From positions 139,069 to 203,068 of the forward strand of contig JADIYM010000005.1 in the NCBI GenBank assembly GCA_016705245.1: a stretch of DNA of 64,000 bases. The letters are read 5' to 3'. Positions 9,670-20,676 of the stretch are shown one piece after another. Position 1 is the stretch's first letter. Each line of letters begins with the position of its first letter. Below the pieces are notes generated by a model that searched no databases, had not been told where the DNA came from, and saw only the letters and a list, made by a program, of their open reading frames with translations. The position numbers and the translations under genes were made by a program. The stretch is from Blastocatellia bacterium. Lineage in GTDB: Bacteria; Acidobacteriota; Blastocatellia; UBA7656; JADIYM01.

Positions 9670-10774
9670 ATGTTGCTGTTGCTTACCGTCGTCGTGTGTG
9701 CGGGATGGAGCCTCGTTTTATCCGACCGGCAGGTGCGAGCTGCGTCCGACACGCCGGTTGCCTTCTGGTCGTGGCGCCGCGAGCTGCCCGAACAGTCCGT
9801 CGTCGATCGCGCGGTCACGGCGACCGGTGCGCAGACGCTGTTCGTACGTGCCGGGACGCTCCATTCCGGCCACACCGGGCTCACTCGGATCCGCGAGACA
9901 ACGGGACCGTGTCCGATCGGGATCGACGTGCACTTCGTCTACAACGCGACGCCGGAACTGCTCGAGGAGTTCGAGACGACCGGGGTCGCGGATCTGGCCG
10001 GTGCAATCGTCGACGCCTACGAGCTCGACGCCGCACGCTCCATCGAAGCCGGGAGCGCGGTCTGCGGTATGCAGCTCGACCTCGACGTGCCGACGCGGCT
10101 CCTGCCCCGATATGGAGAGCTGCTGCGGGCGGTCGACGCGAGGCTGCCGGAAGGCTCGCAGCTTTCGGTGACAGGGCTGCCGACGTGGATGACGTCAAAG
10201 GATCTGCCGACGATGCTCGAGCCCGTCGACTTCTGGATTCCGCAGTTCTACGGCGGCACGGTTCCGCGCGACGTGCGCGACACGACGCCGATTGCGGCCG
10301 TCGACCAGGTGCGCGCCGGCGTGCGCCGCGCGAGCCGGCTCGGGAAGCCGTTCTTCGCCGGCCTGGCGGCGTACGGATACACGCTTCAGTTCAACTCGGA
10401 CGGCTCGCTGCGGGCGCTGCACGGGAGGGTGGATCCGGCGCGTTGCGAGAAGCTACGACGTCGAGGTCGTCGTCGATAGCGACTCGCCCGATTCGGTTTC
10501 CAACGGGCGAGTCACATACCGTGTCCTTACGGCGAGCGTGCTCGACGAAATGCGGGTTGCGCCGGGTGATTTCCTGGTCGTCGAGACGCCGTCGTCCGCA
10601 GTCCTGCGTGCGAGCGCCCGAGCTGCGCGCGAGGAAGGCGGCGGAGCGCTTCTCGGGCTCTGCGTGTTCCGGTTGCCGGAGCCCGGCGATCGGTCCGTCC
10701 TGCGTATGGCATCGATCGCCGCGGCGCTCGCCGATCGCGATCCGGTCGAGGAAGTCCGAGGTGTCGGTCGATGA
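9670..10774 (+). CDS. Hypothetical membrane-anchored or secreted protein, with an apparent frameshift near 10440
   Basis: A protein-like frame starts at VTMLLLLTVVVCAGW (signal/TM). The frame switches between track ORFs 9373..10479 and 10292..10774 around ...LRALHGRVDPA / SYDVEVVVDSDSP. Confidence 0.5.
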
Positions 10775-10877
10775 GTGGCGAACCGGGCTCGGTTTCGCCG
10801 AAAGTTGCGCATTGAGGTCAAACCATGAGAAGAACATGTAGCTTCAGAATCGGCGGCCGTCCTTTCGGCAGACGTGG

Positions 10878-13775
10878 TTGTTTCGCACGGCCGCGATCGC
10901 CGTGGGTGCCACGTTGCTCGCGGCCGGGCTCACCGCGCCGAGCGCCGAAGGTTGCGGCTGGACGGGCTACGAACGCTCGCTCAGGTTCCCGATCAGCTCG
11001 GTCAACAAGGACCGGCTGCCTCCGCTTCCCGGTGAGTTGCCCTACCCGGTGAACTCGAATAATGAACTCGAAGACGAGCCGTTCTGGTACTTCGAAGATG
11101 ACTATGGCTGCGGTTGTGGTGGAAACTACGAAGCGGAAGAGCGATTTGAGGCCACGCAGCAGCACCTGCTGGATGCCCGCGTCCTCATTGCGACCGGCGA
11201 CACACGCGGCGCCGGCAAGCTCCTCGAGCGTTTCCTCGACGAAAGCGCGGCCCTGATGCGCGACGGATTCGACAGGTCTTACCCGACGCCGCAGCAGCAG
11301 CAACGAAACCAGGGCGATCGACCTGCTGGACCTCGTTCGCGAGCGCGATCGGGGCGTGGCGCTTCCGGCAATCCAGACTTACGCGCTGGTCCGAATGCGT
11401 GACTTCGCCGTGGACCAGCGCCCGGACAGTTGGCCGGAACTGGCGGAGTTCGCCAGACGCGACGATCGCTTTGCCGACAATGTCGCGTACCTCAATGGTG
11501 CGTTCCTGTATCGAGTGGGGCGATTCGATGAAGCGGCACCGCGTTCGACGGACTCATCGAGTCGTGGCCGAAGTCCGACAAGCGAGACGCCGCGCTTCTC
11601 ATGGCCGGGTTGTCGTGCGCTGATCGGTCCGCACTCGCGACCCAGGAGTCGACCCGACCTTCCCTACCTGAGTTCCCGCGCGGAGCGCTTCAGCCCCGGA
11701 TGCGAAGGGCTGGATCGCCCAAGGTTCGCCGTCAAGGGCCTCCCAACGGGACTTGTCGTGGCACTACAATGCTTCGTCCCGAAGCCGATGACCTGGAGCG
11801 ATTGGAAGGAGTGCGTTCCCTGAACCGCGGTGCGTCGAAAGGCTTCGTTGACGAACGACCACGTCTCGAAGTCGAGCGGCGACTGGAACGCGACCCCTGG
11901 CGGCCACGCTGGCGTATGCGTATTTCGAGGTCTACAACGACGTACCGTCGTACGACGAATGCGACACGGAATCGAAAGCCGGAGGCCTGGCAGGCGCAGA
12001 ACATTTCGAACGCGTCGCCAAATTCGCGTCGAGGATGGCCGATCGGTTTCCGAAGGGCGGCATCGGGGCCGGGTTTGCCCTGCGGGTTGCCGGGGCCTGC
12101 GTCGAGATCGATCGATTCGACGATGCGGCGAAGTTTGCGAAGCGGGCGCTCGATGCGGGCCCTTCCGAGCGCGAACGTCACGAAGCGCTCCTGTTCCTGG
12201 CAAGGGCCGAACACGGCGCCCGCGCGATTCGACAAGGCGCGCGCGGCGATCGGTCGGCTTCTCGCCGCGTCTCCGGATCGACGGATGGAAGAGTCGGCGC
12301 GGCGTCGACTGGCCATGATCTGCGAAGACGGCGATGACCTGGCCGGCGCACTCGACGCCTACCGGTCGCTCGGCTACGAGGCCGACGCCGCGTATTGCAT
12401 CGACGTGCTCATGACGCTCGGCGAGCTTCGGGCGTACATCGACGCACGGCCCGACGACCCGAATGCCGACTGGCTGCGGTACGCACTTGGCGTCAGGCTG
12501 CTTCGCACGGGCAGCTACGATCTGGCCCGGATCGAGTTGATGAGGGTGCGGACGGGGAGCTCTGAGCTCGACCGGTGGACCAGCCACGGCACACCCGAGA
12601 CCGAGCCATTTACGTTTGAATCCGCGGCCAAGGATTCGAAGGCGTTCAATCCCGCTGTCCGACTGCCCCGGCAGCACTGGTTGGCAGCGGATCTGCAGAC
12701 CGCGTCCGATCTTCAGGCGCTGCGACTTCAGGCGATTCGCACCGCGACCGACGAGGTCGCGGCCGAAGCGCAGTATCAGTACGCCGCGTACCTCTTCGAC
12801 CGCGAAGCGCTCCTGTTCTACAACCCGACACTCTGGTGGGGATCGCGAACCGATCTGCTCAATACCCTTGCTTACGCCGACGACTTCCGTCTTCCCGGCG
12901 AAGGCGCGCGGGTCTGGTACGCCACGAACCAGCACGATGCGCTCGCGCAGTCAGTCGACGCGTTTCTGGACGTCGTCGACCGGTATCCGTCCACGGCCGC
13001 AGCGGCCGACGCGCTTTACTCGGCGGCCGTTGCGCACGAGCGGCTCTCGCAATTCAACGGTTATTGGTCAGTGCAATACGCGGCTGGCCGGCACGCCGGG
13101 AGGCGATTGGTCACCTACGACGACGTCCGACGGGCTTATCCGGCGTATCGCTTTCCCAAAGGCACGTTCGGCTGGGAGGCGGCGACGCGGACGGTCAACG
13201 GCGCGCCGGGGTGGGATCCGCTGCCGCAGAAGGCGAAACCGGTTCCGGCGTGGAGGAGGTACGCGACGCGTGGGCCGGAAGTGATCGCCGAGTTTGGCGG
13301 TCCCGTCGTCGCGCGACTCTCGGGCTGGGTGAGCAGCGGGACGAACTGGCTTGTCGAAGTGGTCAGGCGCGCTGCGATCCTCATGCTTCAGGCGATCCTG
13401 CTCGTGGTGATTCTCGGTGCGTGGATTCTCGCCGTCCGGTCGTCGCTACGCCTCGCGCTCGAGACGGCGAACGGGCACGTGCGGGCACGGGCGCTGCTGC
13501 CGGCGTCGTTGGCGTATCGGCCGCGCGACTACAGGTGGCTCGCCTGGGCCGCCGGTCAAATGACGTCACTGCGGGAAGGCGTCGCGGCGCTATCGATCAC
13601 TCGATGCGGGGCCGAGAAGGGCGAGGCTTCCAGCGAGACGAGGCTCGACGATCGGGTCGTAGTCTTCATCGAGCGGGCGAGGCTCTTCGTGTCCACGACG
13701 CCGGAGGGATTTGCTTGCGTCCTCGTGGTCGTGACGCACGTCCCGTTCCTGCTGCTCATGGCGATGGCGAACTAG
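10878..13775 (+). pseudogene. Large hypothetical secreted or membrane protein(s), split over at least 3-4 reading frames by apparent frameshifts. It is either a disrupted gene or a victim of sequence errors.
   Basis: N-terminal signal peptide (MFRTAAIAVGATLLAAGL). Coding-like sequence continues through frames 10878, 11356, ~11880-12220 (manual translation ...AYAYFEVYNDVPSYDECDTE...RFPKGGIGAGFALRVAGA...) and 12220-13775. It ends with a TM helix (ILMLQAILLVVILGAWILAV). The frame junctions are near 11315, 11530-11880 and 12215. Confidence 0.45.
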
Positions 13776-13780
13776 CGCCG

Positions 13781-13871
13781 CGAGGGGCAGGGTCTCTGTG
13801 CCTCCGTGCCTCCGCGTCTCTGCGTGCGTAGCTCTTCAGACGCTGCGCACACAGAGACACGAAGGCACAGA
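13781..13871. repeat. Palindromic heptamer-array repeat, family A
   Basis: ctctgtgcctccgtgcctccgcgtctctgcgtgcgtagctcttcagacgctgcgcacacagagacacgaaggcacagagccacagag. Confidence 0.85.
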
Positions 13872-13946
13872 GCCACAGAGGCCTTTGCTCTGCAACGCCG
13901 CAACCGCTCGTGTATATTGCGCCTTTCCACCAACGGAGGGTTTGCG

Positions 13947-15314
13947 ATGGCGGGTGCGACAATCGACAAGATCGTTAGCCTGTGCAAGCGGCGCGGGTTC
14001 CTGTTCCAGGGCAGCGAGCTGTACGGCGGACTCCAGGGCACGTGGGACTACGGCCCCATGGGCGTCGAGCTCAAGAACAACGTCAAGCGCCTCTGGTGGC
14101 GCTCGAACGTCTACGAGCGCGACGACATGGAAGGCCTCGACGCCGCCATCCTCATGAACCGCCTCGTCCTGAAGTACTCCGGCCACGAGGACACCTTCTC
14201 GGATCCGCTCGTCGACTGCCGGAAGTGCAAGAAGCGCTTTCCGCGCCGACCAGATCGACGCCACCGAGAAGTGCGCCGAGGGCGGCACGCACGACTTCAC
14301 CGAGCCGCGCCCGTTCAACCTCATGTTCCGCACGCCGACGACGACATCGCTTACCTGCGCCCCGAAACCGCGCAGGGCATCTTCGTCAACTTCAAGAACG
14401 TGCTCGATTCGACGAACCGGAAGCTGCCGTTCGGCATCGCGCAGATCGGCAAGGCCTACCGGAACGAAATCACGCCGAAGAACTTCATCTTCCGCGTGCG
14501 CGAGTTCGAGCAGATGGAGATCGAATACTTCGTCAAACCTGGCGAGGACGACGAAACCCACGAACAGTGGATCGCCGACCGGATCAGCTGGTATCACCGC
14601 TACGGCATCAAGCCTGAGAACCTGCGCCAGCACGTCCAGGCGGCGGACGAGCTCGCGCACTACGCAAAGGCCTGCACGGACCTGCTATACCGGTTCTTTC
14701 CCGAACGCGAGGACGAGGACAAGCAGTACGAAGAGGTCGAGGGCATCGCGAACCGAACGGATTTCGACCTGACGTGCCACACGAAGGGCGGCGTCCTGCG
14801 TTTCGCCGACGGACGCGAGATCCCGAACGAGCACGCGGTCATGAAGCAGACGTACTTTGACGACGCGGCGAAGGTGCACCTGACGCCGTACGTCATCGAG
14901 CCGTCGGGCGGCGTTGACCGCATCACGCTCGCGTTCCTGATGGACGCCTACGAGGAGCAGACGCTCGAGGGCGGCAAGCAGCGCACGGTGCTGCACCTGC
15001 ACCCGGAGCTCTCTCCGGTGAAGGTCGCCGTCATTCCGCTCGCGCGCAACAAACCGGAAATCGTCGCGGTCGCGAAGCAGATCAAGAAGGACCTGCAGAG
15101 CACCGGCCAGCTCCGGACGATGTTCGACGACAGCGGCAACATCGGGAAGTGCTACGCGCGCCAGGATGAGATCGGGACGCCGTTCTGCGTGACCGTCGAT
15201 CACCAATCCCTTGAGGACAATGAGGTTACGATCCGAGATCGCGACTCGATGCAGCAGGAGCGCGTCGCGATCGATCGATTGAAGTCGTACTTTTTCGAGC
15301 GTCTGAGCCTCTAA
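13947..15314 (+). CDS. glyQS: Glycine--tRNA ligase (class II, homodimeric GlyRS), with two apparently compensating frameshifts at ~14249 and ~14338
   Basis: Start MAGATIDKIVSLCKRRGFLFQGSELYGGLQGTWDYGPMG with a GGAGG RBS. Between the two indels the GlyRS-like sequence RADQIDATEKCAEGGTHDFTEPRPFNLMFRTP is in the +1 frame. The rest is in frame (DDIAYLRPETAQGIFVNF...). Confidence 0.9.
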   Translation: MAGATIDKIVSLCKRRGFLFQGSELYGGLQGTWDYGPMGVELKNNVKRLWWRSNVYERDDMEGLDAAILMNRLVLKYSGHEDTFSDPLVDCRKCKKRFPRRPDRRHREVRRGRHARLHRAAPVQPHVPHADDDIAYLRPETAQGIFVNFKNVLDSTNRKLPFGIAQIGKAYRNEITPKNFIFRVREFEQMEIEYFVKPGEDDETHEQWIADRISWYHRYGIKPENLRQHVQAADELAHYAKACTDLLYRFFPEREDEDKQYEEVEGIANRTDFDLTCHTKGGVLRFADGREIPNEHAVMKQTYFDDAAKVHLTPYVIEPSGGVDRITLAFLMDAYEEQTLEGGKQRTVLHLHPELSPVKVAVIPLARNKPEIVAVAKQIKKDLQSTGQLRTMFDDSGNIGKCYARQDEIGTPFCVTVDHQSLEDNEVTIRDRDSMQQERVAIDRLKSYFFERLSL

Positions 15315-15381
15315 TTCGCGGCTCGAGAGCATCAACTTCTCGGCTCTCGAACTCATTCGACCATCTGGGAGGGGATTTCTG

Positions 15382-15714
15382 ATGCGACGGATTGCAACGG
15401 TCTTCACGTTCGGAGTGGCGTTGGCGGGATTGACCGTCGTGGCGCCTTCGGGGATGACGCAGGTCGAGGCAGCGCCTTCGGCGGCACGGATTTACGCGTC
15501 GAAGTGCGCGAGCTGCCACGCGCCGGACGGCAAGGGAAACATCGGCGGAACGCCGAACTTTCGAGATGGCGGTTGGCATGCGAGCCGGTCTGACGACAAT
15601 CTGATCGCTTCGATACGGGATGGAAAAGGCAACCTGATGCCGGCGTGGGGCAAGGAACTGACACCTGCCCAGATCATCGCGCTCGTCCGGCACGTGCGAA
15701 GCTTGAAGCGGTAG
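15382..15714 (+). CDS. Class I c-type cytochrome (CxxCH) with a signal peptide
   Basis: 110 aa, CASCHAPDGKG heme-binding motif, N-terminal signal sequence. Confidence 0.75.
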   Translation: MRRIATVFTFGVALAGLTVVAPSGMTQVEAAPSAARIYASKCASCHAPDGKGNIGGTPNFRDGGWHASRSDDNLIASIRDGKGNLMPAWGKELTPAQIIALVRHVRSLKR

Positions 15715-15720
15715 GGAGTT

Positions 15721-15830
15721 TCTGTGCCTCGGCGCCTCTGAGCCTCTGTGTGCGAAGCGTCTTCACGCGCTTGAAGACGCTTCGCACACAGAGGCTCAGA
15801 GGCGCCGAGGCACAGAGACCTCTCCCCGAT
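15721..15830. repeat. Palindromic heptamer-array repeat, family A
   Basis: tctgtgcctcggcgcctctgagcctctgtgtgcgaagcgtcttcacgcgcttgaagacgcttcgcacacagaggctcagaggcgccgaggcacaga. Confidence 0.9.
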
Positions 15831-15857
15831 CCCCGTAACCCCATGACGTTCTGACGG

Positions 15858-15886
15858 TTGACAGCCCCGGGCACCCTCCCTATACT
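15858..15886 (+). promoter_or_regulatory. Consensus sigma70 promoter for the rplU-rpmA-obg operon
   Basis: TTGACA (15858-15863), an exact 17-bp spacer, then TATACT (15881-15886). A GGAGG RBS sits 8 nt before the GTG start of rplU. Confidence 0.6.
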
Positions 15887-15931
15887 CTGCGGTTTCGACC
15901 CGTAGAGGGAACCGAGTGGAGGTACCCAGCA

Positions 15932-16240
15932 GTGGCGTACGCAATCATCAGGACCGGCGACAAGCAGTTCCGCGTGACTCCGGGAGACGTCGTCCGGCTT
16001 CCGAGCATAGAGGGCGAGGTCGGCTCGTCGCATTCGTTCGACGTGCTCGTATACGGCGACGGCAGCGCGGTCCAGGTCGGCGCACCGGTCGTCAGCGGCA
16101 TCGGCGCCCAGGGCACGATTCTCGAGCACGGCCGCGACAAGAAGATCATCGTTTTCAAGATGAAGCGCCGGAAAGGCTACAAGCGGAAGCAGGGGCACCG
16201 ACAGGGCTTCACTGCCGTTCGCATTGATTCGATCGGCTAG
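15932..16240 (+). CDS. rplU: 50S ribosomal protein L21
   Basis: [15 protein letters not shown]..., canonical L21. Confidence 0.97.
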   Translation: MAYAIIRTGDKQFRVTPGDVVRLPSIEGEVGSSHSFDVLVYGDGSAVQVGAPVVSGIGAQGTILEHGRDKKIIVFKMKRRKGYKRKQGHRQGFTAVRIDSIG

Positions 16241-16269
16241 ATCGGACATTCAAGGAGAAGGCAGAAGCC

Positions 16270-16536
16270 ATGGCACATAAGAAAGGTGTAGGCAGCTCGC
16301 GGAACGGTCGCGATTCGAACAGTCAGCGGCTCGGCATAAAGCGCTTCGGCGGCCAGCTCGTTTCGGGAGGCTCCATCCTCGTCCGCCAGCGCGGCACGAA
16401 GTACAAGCCAGGTGCGAACGTCGGACGCGGAAGCGACGACACATTGTTCGCGAAGGTCACAGGCGTCGTCACGTTCCACGACAAGGGACGTCTCGGCAAG
16501 TTCATCAGCATCCAGCCCCAGGCGGCGCAGGCCTAA
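16270..16536 (+). CDS. rpmA: 50S ribosomal protein L27
   Basis: [16 protein letters not shown]..., canonical L27. Confidence 0.97.
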   Translation: MAHKKGVGSSRNGRDSNSQRLGIKRFGGQLVSGGSILVRQRGTKYKPGANVGRGSDDTLFAKVTGVVTFHDKGRLGKFISIQPQAAQA

Positions 16537-16607
16537 CGATTCGCGCGGTGATCAGTGGTCGCGGGCCCGATTCACTGGCCGCCCGAGTCTGATCGCTGAT
16601 CACCGAC

Positions 16608-17723
16608 ATGCAGTTCCTCGACAGGGCGCGAATTCTCGTACGGGCGGGTGACGGCGGAAACGGCGTCATGGCGTTCCGACGTGAGAAATTCGTCCCTCGG
16701 GGAGGCCCGTCCGGTGGAGACGGAGGCCGAGGCGGTCACGTCGACATGGAAGCCACCGAGGGGCTCAATACCCTCCTGCACTTCCGCTTCAATCCCCGGT
16801 ACGTCGCAGATCGCGGTCGCCACGGAGAGGGAAAAAACTGTCACGGTCGGGACGGCGAAGACCTCCTGATTCTCGTTCCGGTCGGAACGCTCGTCACGAA
16901 CATCGAGACGGGCGAAGTCGTCCACGACTTTACCTTCAACGGCGAGCGCGTGCGGATCGCAGAGGGTGGCCGCGGTGGCCGCGGAAACTCGGCGTTCGCG
17001 ACCTCCACGAATCGAGCGCCGCGGCGCCACGACGACGGCAAGCCGGGTGTCGAGCTCAACCTTCAGCTCGAACTGAAGCTCATCGCGGACGTCGGGCTAG
17101 TGGGATTGCCGAACGCCGGCAAGTCGACGCTCATTTCGCGCATATCCGCCGCGCGGCCGAAAATCGCCGACTATCCGTTCACGACCGTTGCCCCGAACCT
17201 TGGCGTCGTCGCGTGGAGCGAGTACCGCACGTTCGTCGTCGCCGACATTCCCGGCCTCATCGAAGGCGCGCACGAGGGCGCCGGACTCGGCCTGGACTTC
17301 CTCCGCCACGTCGAGCGGACGCGTGTGTTGCTGCACCTCGTCGACGTCTCGAACATGCTGCCGAGCGAACCGGTCGAACGATTCGAGCTCATCAACGCGG
17401 AGCTCGGAGCGTACCGCAGTGACCTGCTGCATCGACCGATGATCGTGGTCGCGACGAAGATCGATTCGCTCGACGACCCGGAGCGCCTCGAGCGATTGCG
17501 CGAGCATGCAAGTGCTACCGGGCGCGAGTTCTTCGCGATTTCGGCCGTCACCGGCGTCGGGCTCGACGAACTGAAGTTCCGGGTCGGCACGCTGGTCGAG
17601 GAACTCGCCGCCGCTGCGCGAGCCGCAGGGCCGCAGATCGTTGTCGCGCCGCCGCCGCAGCTTTTCGATGAGGACCTGGAGCCTGGGGACGAGTACGAGT
17701 CCGGAGAGGATTTCGAGAGTTGA
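16608..17723 (+). CDS. obg: GTPase Obg/CgtA
   Basis: [28 protein letters not shown]...GGDGGRGG, plus a G-domain. Confidence 0.95.
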   Translation: MQFLDRARILVRAGDGGNGVMAFRREKFVPRGGPSGGDGGRGGHVDMEATEGLNTLLHFRFNPRYVADRGRHGEGKNCHGRDGEDLLILVPVGTLVTNIETGEVVHDFTFNGERVRIAEGGRGGRGNSAFATSTNRAPRRHDDGKPGVELNLQLELKLIADVGLVGLPNAGKSTLISRISAARPKIADYPFTTVAPNLGVVAWSEYRTFVVADIPGLIEGAHEGAGLGLDFLRHVERTRVLLHLVDVSNMLPSEPVERFELINAELGAYRSDLLHRPMIVVATKIDSLDDPERLERLREHASATGREFFAISAVTGVGLDELKFRVGTLVEELAAAARAAGPQIVVAPPPQLFDEDLEPGDEYESGEDFES

Positions 17724-18382
17724 GGCTCGGCGTCTACGGCGGGACGTTCGACCCGTTTCACAATGGCCATCGTGCTGTCGTCGAAGCATTGCTCGAGCGG
17801 TTCAGGTTCGACCGGGTCCTGCTCGTGCCGGCGAACATTCCGCCTCACAAGCGTCACGTGGCCATCTCGCACCGCTGCCATCGTGTTGCCATGACGGCGC
17901 TCGCGACGGCCGACCTCGATCGTGCGGTCATCTCGACGACCGACCTCGATGCGCCAGCGCCGAGCTACACGGTCGACATGGTGGCGAGACTTCACACGGC
18001 GATTCCCGGCTCGGCGCCTCTCTTCTTCATTCTTGGCGCGGATTCTTTTGAGGACCTGCCGCTCTGGCACGATTATTTGCGGCTCATCGAGAGCTGCCAT
18101 ATCATCGTAACGGCGCGCCCCGGTTATGATCTCGGTGCCGGCCATCTACCCGAGGCCGTTCGGGCGAAGATCGTGGACCTTAGAGACGTGGCCGCAAGCG
18201 CCGGTCCTCCGGATACCACCGATGCCATGCCGAAGATCTTCTTGACGGACGACGCCTACATCGACGTCTCGTCGACAATGATTCGCGAGCGCGCCCGCGC
18301 CGGCGAATCTCTCGACGGTCTGGTGGCGCAGTCCGTTGCCGCCTACATCCGAAAGCAGGAGCTGTACACAGAGACACGATGA
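17720..18382 (+). CDS. nadD: Nicotinate-nucleotide adenylyltransferase
   Basis: [17 protein letters not shown]...; overlaps the obg stop by 4 bp. Confidence 0.92.
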   Translation: MRLGVYGGTFDPFHNGHRAVVEALLERFRFDRVLLVPANIPPHKRHVAISHRCHRVAMTALATADLDRAVISTTDLDAPAPSYTVDMVARLHTAIPGSAPLFFILGADSFEDLPLWHDYLRLIESCHIIVTARPGYDLGAGHLPEAVRAKIVDLRDVAASAGPPDTTDAMPKIFLTDDAYIDVSSTMIRERARAGESLDGLVAQSVAAYIRKQELYTETR

Positions 18383-18783
18383 GTACGAATGATCCGATTC
18401 GCGACGACGCGCCGGCGGAAATAAACGACCTCGAGAAGCTGATGCTGGCGGCCGAGGCCGCGGCGTCGCGCAAGGCGCTCCAGATGACCGCCATCGATAT
18501 TCGAAAGATCGCGTCGTTCGCCGAGTTCTTTCTGGTGTGTTCCGGTACGTCGACCCGCCAGGTTCAGGCCATTGCCGACGAGGTGATGGACCGGCTCAAG
18601 AAGGAGCGGAACTCGCGCCCGCTGCACACCGAAGGGTTCGAAGCGGGGACGTGGGTCCTGCTCGATTACGGCGACCTCATCGTCCACGTGTTCACCGAGG
18701 AAGCTCGCGAGTTCTATCAGCTCGAGCGCTTGTGGCGCGACGCGGACCGTGTGGCACTCCCCGCAGCGATGACGGCCGAGTAG
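18379..18783 (+). CDS. rsfS: Ribosome silencing factor RsfS (Iojap)
   Basis: 134 aa with the conserved RsfS core (IVHVF...); follows nadD as in many bacteria. Confidence 0.9.
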   Translation: MSTNDPIRDDAPAEINDLEKLMLAAEAAASRKALQMTAIDIRKIASFAEFFLVCSGTSTRQVQAIADEVMDRLKKERNSRPLHTEGFEAGTWVLLDYGDLIVHVFTEEAREFYQLERLWRDADRVALPAAMTAE

Positions 18784-18799
18784 CCGGCGCGTCCGGCGC

Positions 18800-19756
18800 T
18801 TGTCGCAATCGCAGATGTCCGTCGAGATCGTCATCGAGAGTGCCGCGATGCGGCGCGCGGTCGAACACGCGGAGCGATCCGCGACCGCGCCCTCGACGAC
18901 GACGCTCCTCGTGACGGGCGAGACCGGGACGGGCAAGGACCTCCTCGCCCGGTTCGTCCACGAACGGAGCGGCGCCACTGGGCCGCTCGTCACCATCGAC
19001 TGCGCATCGCTTCCGGAGTCGTTGCTTGAGAGCGAGCTGTTCGGTCACGAACGTGGAGCGTTCACTGGTGCAACCGAGCCGCGGGCCGGCCGGCTCGAAG
19101 GGGCGCGCGGCGGCACGCTCGTGCTCGACGAGATTGCGGCACTTGCGCCGCCGGCGCAGGCAAAGCTGCTTCGCGTGCTCGATGAGCGGCGGTTCACACG
19201 CCTCGGCGGCGGCCGGGCCATGGATCTCGATGCACGCGTCATCGCGCTAACGAACGTCGACCTTGCTCGGGCAACTGAGACAGGCGCGTTTCGGCACGAC
19301 CTCTACTTTAGACTGAATGTCCTCTCGATCGGACTTCCGCCGCTGCGCGAACAGCCGGAGGCGATCGCGCCCCTGGCGGAGCTCTTCGCGCGCCGGTTCG
19401 CGCACGCCCAGCGCACCGACACGAAGATCGTCCGTCCCGATGCCCTTCGCGTTCTTTCGCGCTACAACTTTCCTGGAAACGTTCGCGAGCTTCGCAACGC
19501 GATCGAGCAGGCGCTGGTTCGGGGCAGCGGCCGGCGTATCGAGGCGGCAGATTTGCCGGAGAGGCTTCGGGCGGCATCGATGGACACGGGGACATCGCGC
19601 CCGACCCTGGCCGAAGTCGAAGCGGCGTACGTCCGTTCCGTCCTCGACGAAGCCGGGGGCAACAAGTCGCGCGCCGCGCGGGTGCTTGGAATCAGCCGGA
19701 AGAATCTCTACGAACGGCTGCGTCGAGCGGCATCATCCGCCGGGACCGACCAATGA
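18800..19756 (+). CDS. Sigma54-dependent transcriptional activator (AAA+ sigma54-interaction domain plus Fis-type HTH) with no N-terminal receiver or sensory domain (PspF-like architecture)
   Basis: Walker A GETGTGKDL, the GAFTGA motif (ERGAFTGA) and a C-terminal HTH (GNKSRAARVLGISRKNLYERL). Only about 10 residues precede the AAA+ core. The start is TTG at 18800 or ATG at 18815. Confidence 0.85.
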   Translation: MSQSQMSVEIVIESAAMRRAVEHAERSATAPSTTTLLVTGETGTGKDLLARFVHERSGATGPLVTIDCASLPESLLESELFGHERGAFTGATEPRAGRLEGARGGTLVLDEIAALAPPAQAKLLRVLDERRFTRLGGGRAMDLDARVIALTNVDLARATETGAFRHDLYFRLNVLSIGLPPLREQPEAIAPLAELFARRFAHAQRTDTKIVRPDALRVLSRYNFPGNVRELRNAIEQALVRGSGRRIEAADLPERLRAASMDTGTSRPTLAEVEAAYVRSVLDEAGGNKSRAARVLGISRKNLYERLRRAASSAGTDQ

Positions 19757-19796
19757 GCGGCAATGCAGTTGGCGCCGCGCCGGAGGTCTGACTGCG

Positions 19797-20270
19797 ATGC
19801 GCATCATCGTGGTGTGGACGGGAAAGACGAAGGATCGGCGGCTGAGCTCGCTCGTCGAGGAGTACCTCGATCGAAGCAGGCGAATGGCACGCGTGGAGGT
19901 CGTGGAGCTTCGCGACCGGGGCGGAGCTTCGTCACCGAAGGGTGAGCCGATCGTGCTCGAACGCGAGGCCGATGCCGTCCTCGCGAGTATTGAAGAAGGC
20001 GACTTCGTCGTCTTGTGTGACGAGACCGGGACCGAGTTGCGTTCCACGGAGTTCGCGGGCATTATCTCCGAACGCCAAACGCGGTCGACACGCCGCATGG
20101 TGTTCGTGATCGGTGGTTATTTGGGAGTTTCCGCAAGAATCCGTAATCGCGCGGATCAGGTTCTTGCCCTGTCGCGGATGACGTTGACACACGAAATGGC
20201 GAGGGTGCTGCTGGCCGAGCAGGTCTACAGGGCACTCACGATTCTGAATGGGGTTCCGTACCAGAAGTAG
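19797..20270 (+). CDS. rlmH: 23S rRNA (pseudouridine1915-N3)-methyltransferase
   Basis: MRIIVVWTGKTKD... SPOUT family, 157 aa. The longer track ORF from 19317 is an upstream artefact. Confidence 0.9.
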   Translation: MRIIVVWTGKTKDRRLSSLVEEYLDRSRRMARVEVVELRDRGGASSPKGEPIVLEREADAVLASIEEGDFVVLCDETGTELRSTEFAGIISERQTRSTRRMVFVIGGYLGVSARIRNRADQVLALSRMTLTHEMARVLLAEQVYRALTILNGVPYQK

Positions 20271-20310
20271 GAACGAGCCAGGGGTTGGGAGACGACTTCA
20301 GGAAGGCGAT

Positions 20311-20676
20311 ATGGACAAGAAGCGGTTGAAGCATTTTCAAGAGCGACTGACGGCCAAGCGGCATGCGCTCGCAGGCGTTGTGATCTCGACAGAGGATTAC
20401 GAGCGCGAGGCGGGGGCGGATACGTCGCAGGACCCGGCCGACATCGCGTCGAACGCCTACACGAAGGACCTCCTTTTCAGTCAGAGCGTCAACGAGCGGA
20501 CGATCCTTAAGCTCGTCGAGGAAGCACTTCATCGCCTTGATGGCGGGGCGTACGGAATTTGCGCGAACTGCGAAGAGCCGATTCAGGACAAGCGGCTCGA
20601 GGCCGTGCCGTGGGCTCGACACTGCATCACTTGCCAGGACCTGCAGGAACGCGGGCTTCTCGAGGAAGACGAGTAG
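20311..20676 (+). CDS. dksA: DksA/TraR family C4 zinc-finger RNA polymerase-binding protein
   Basis: MDKKRLKHFQERL... coiled coil plus CANCEEPI...CITCQ zinc finger. Confidence 0.85.
   Translation: MDKKRLKHFQERLTAKRHALAGVVISTEDYEREAGADTSQDPADIASNAYTKDLLFSQSVNERTILKLVEEALHRLDGGAYGICANCEEPIQDKRLEAVPWARHCITCQDLQERGLLEEDE

Noticed and set aside
11761-11777. TGGCACTACAATGCT and TGGCACGATTATTTGC (18061), which resemble sigma54 -24/-12 promoters
   Set aside because: Both lie inside coding sequence (the large hypothetical gene and nadD), and the second has 11-nt rather than 10-nt spacing. They are probably chance matches.
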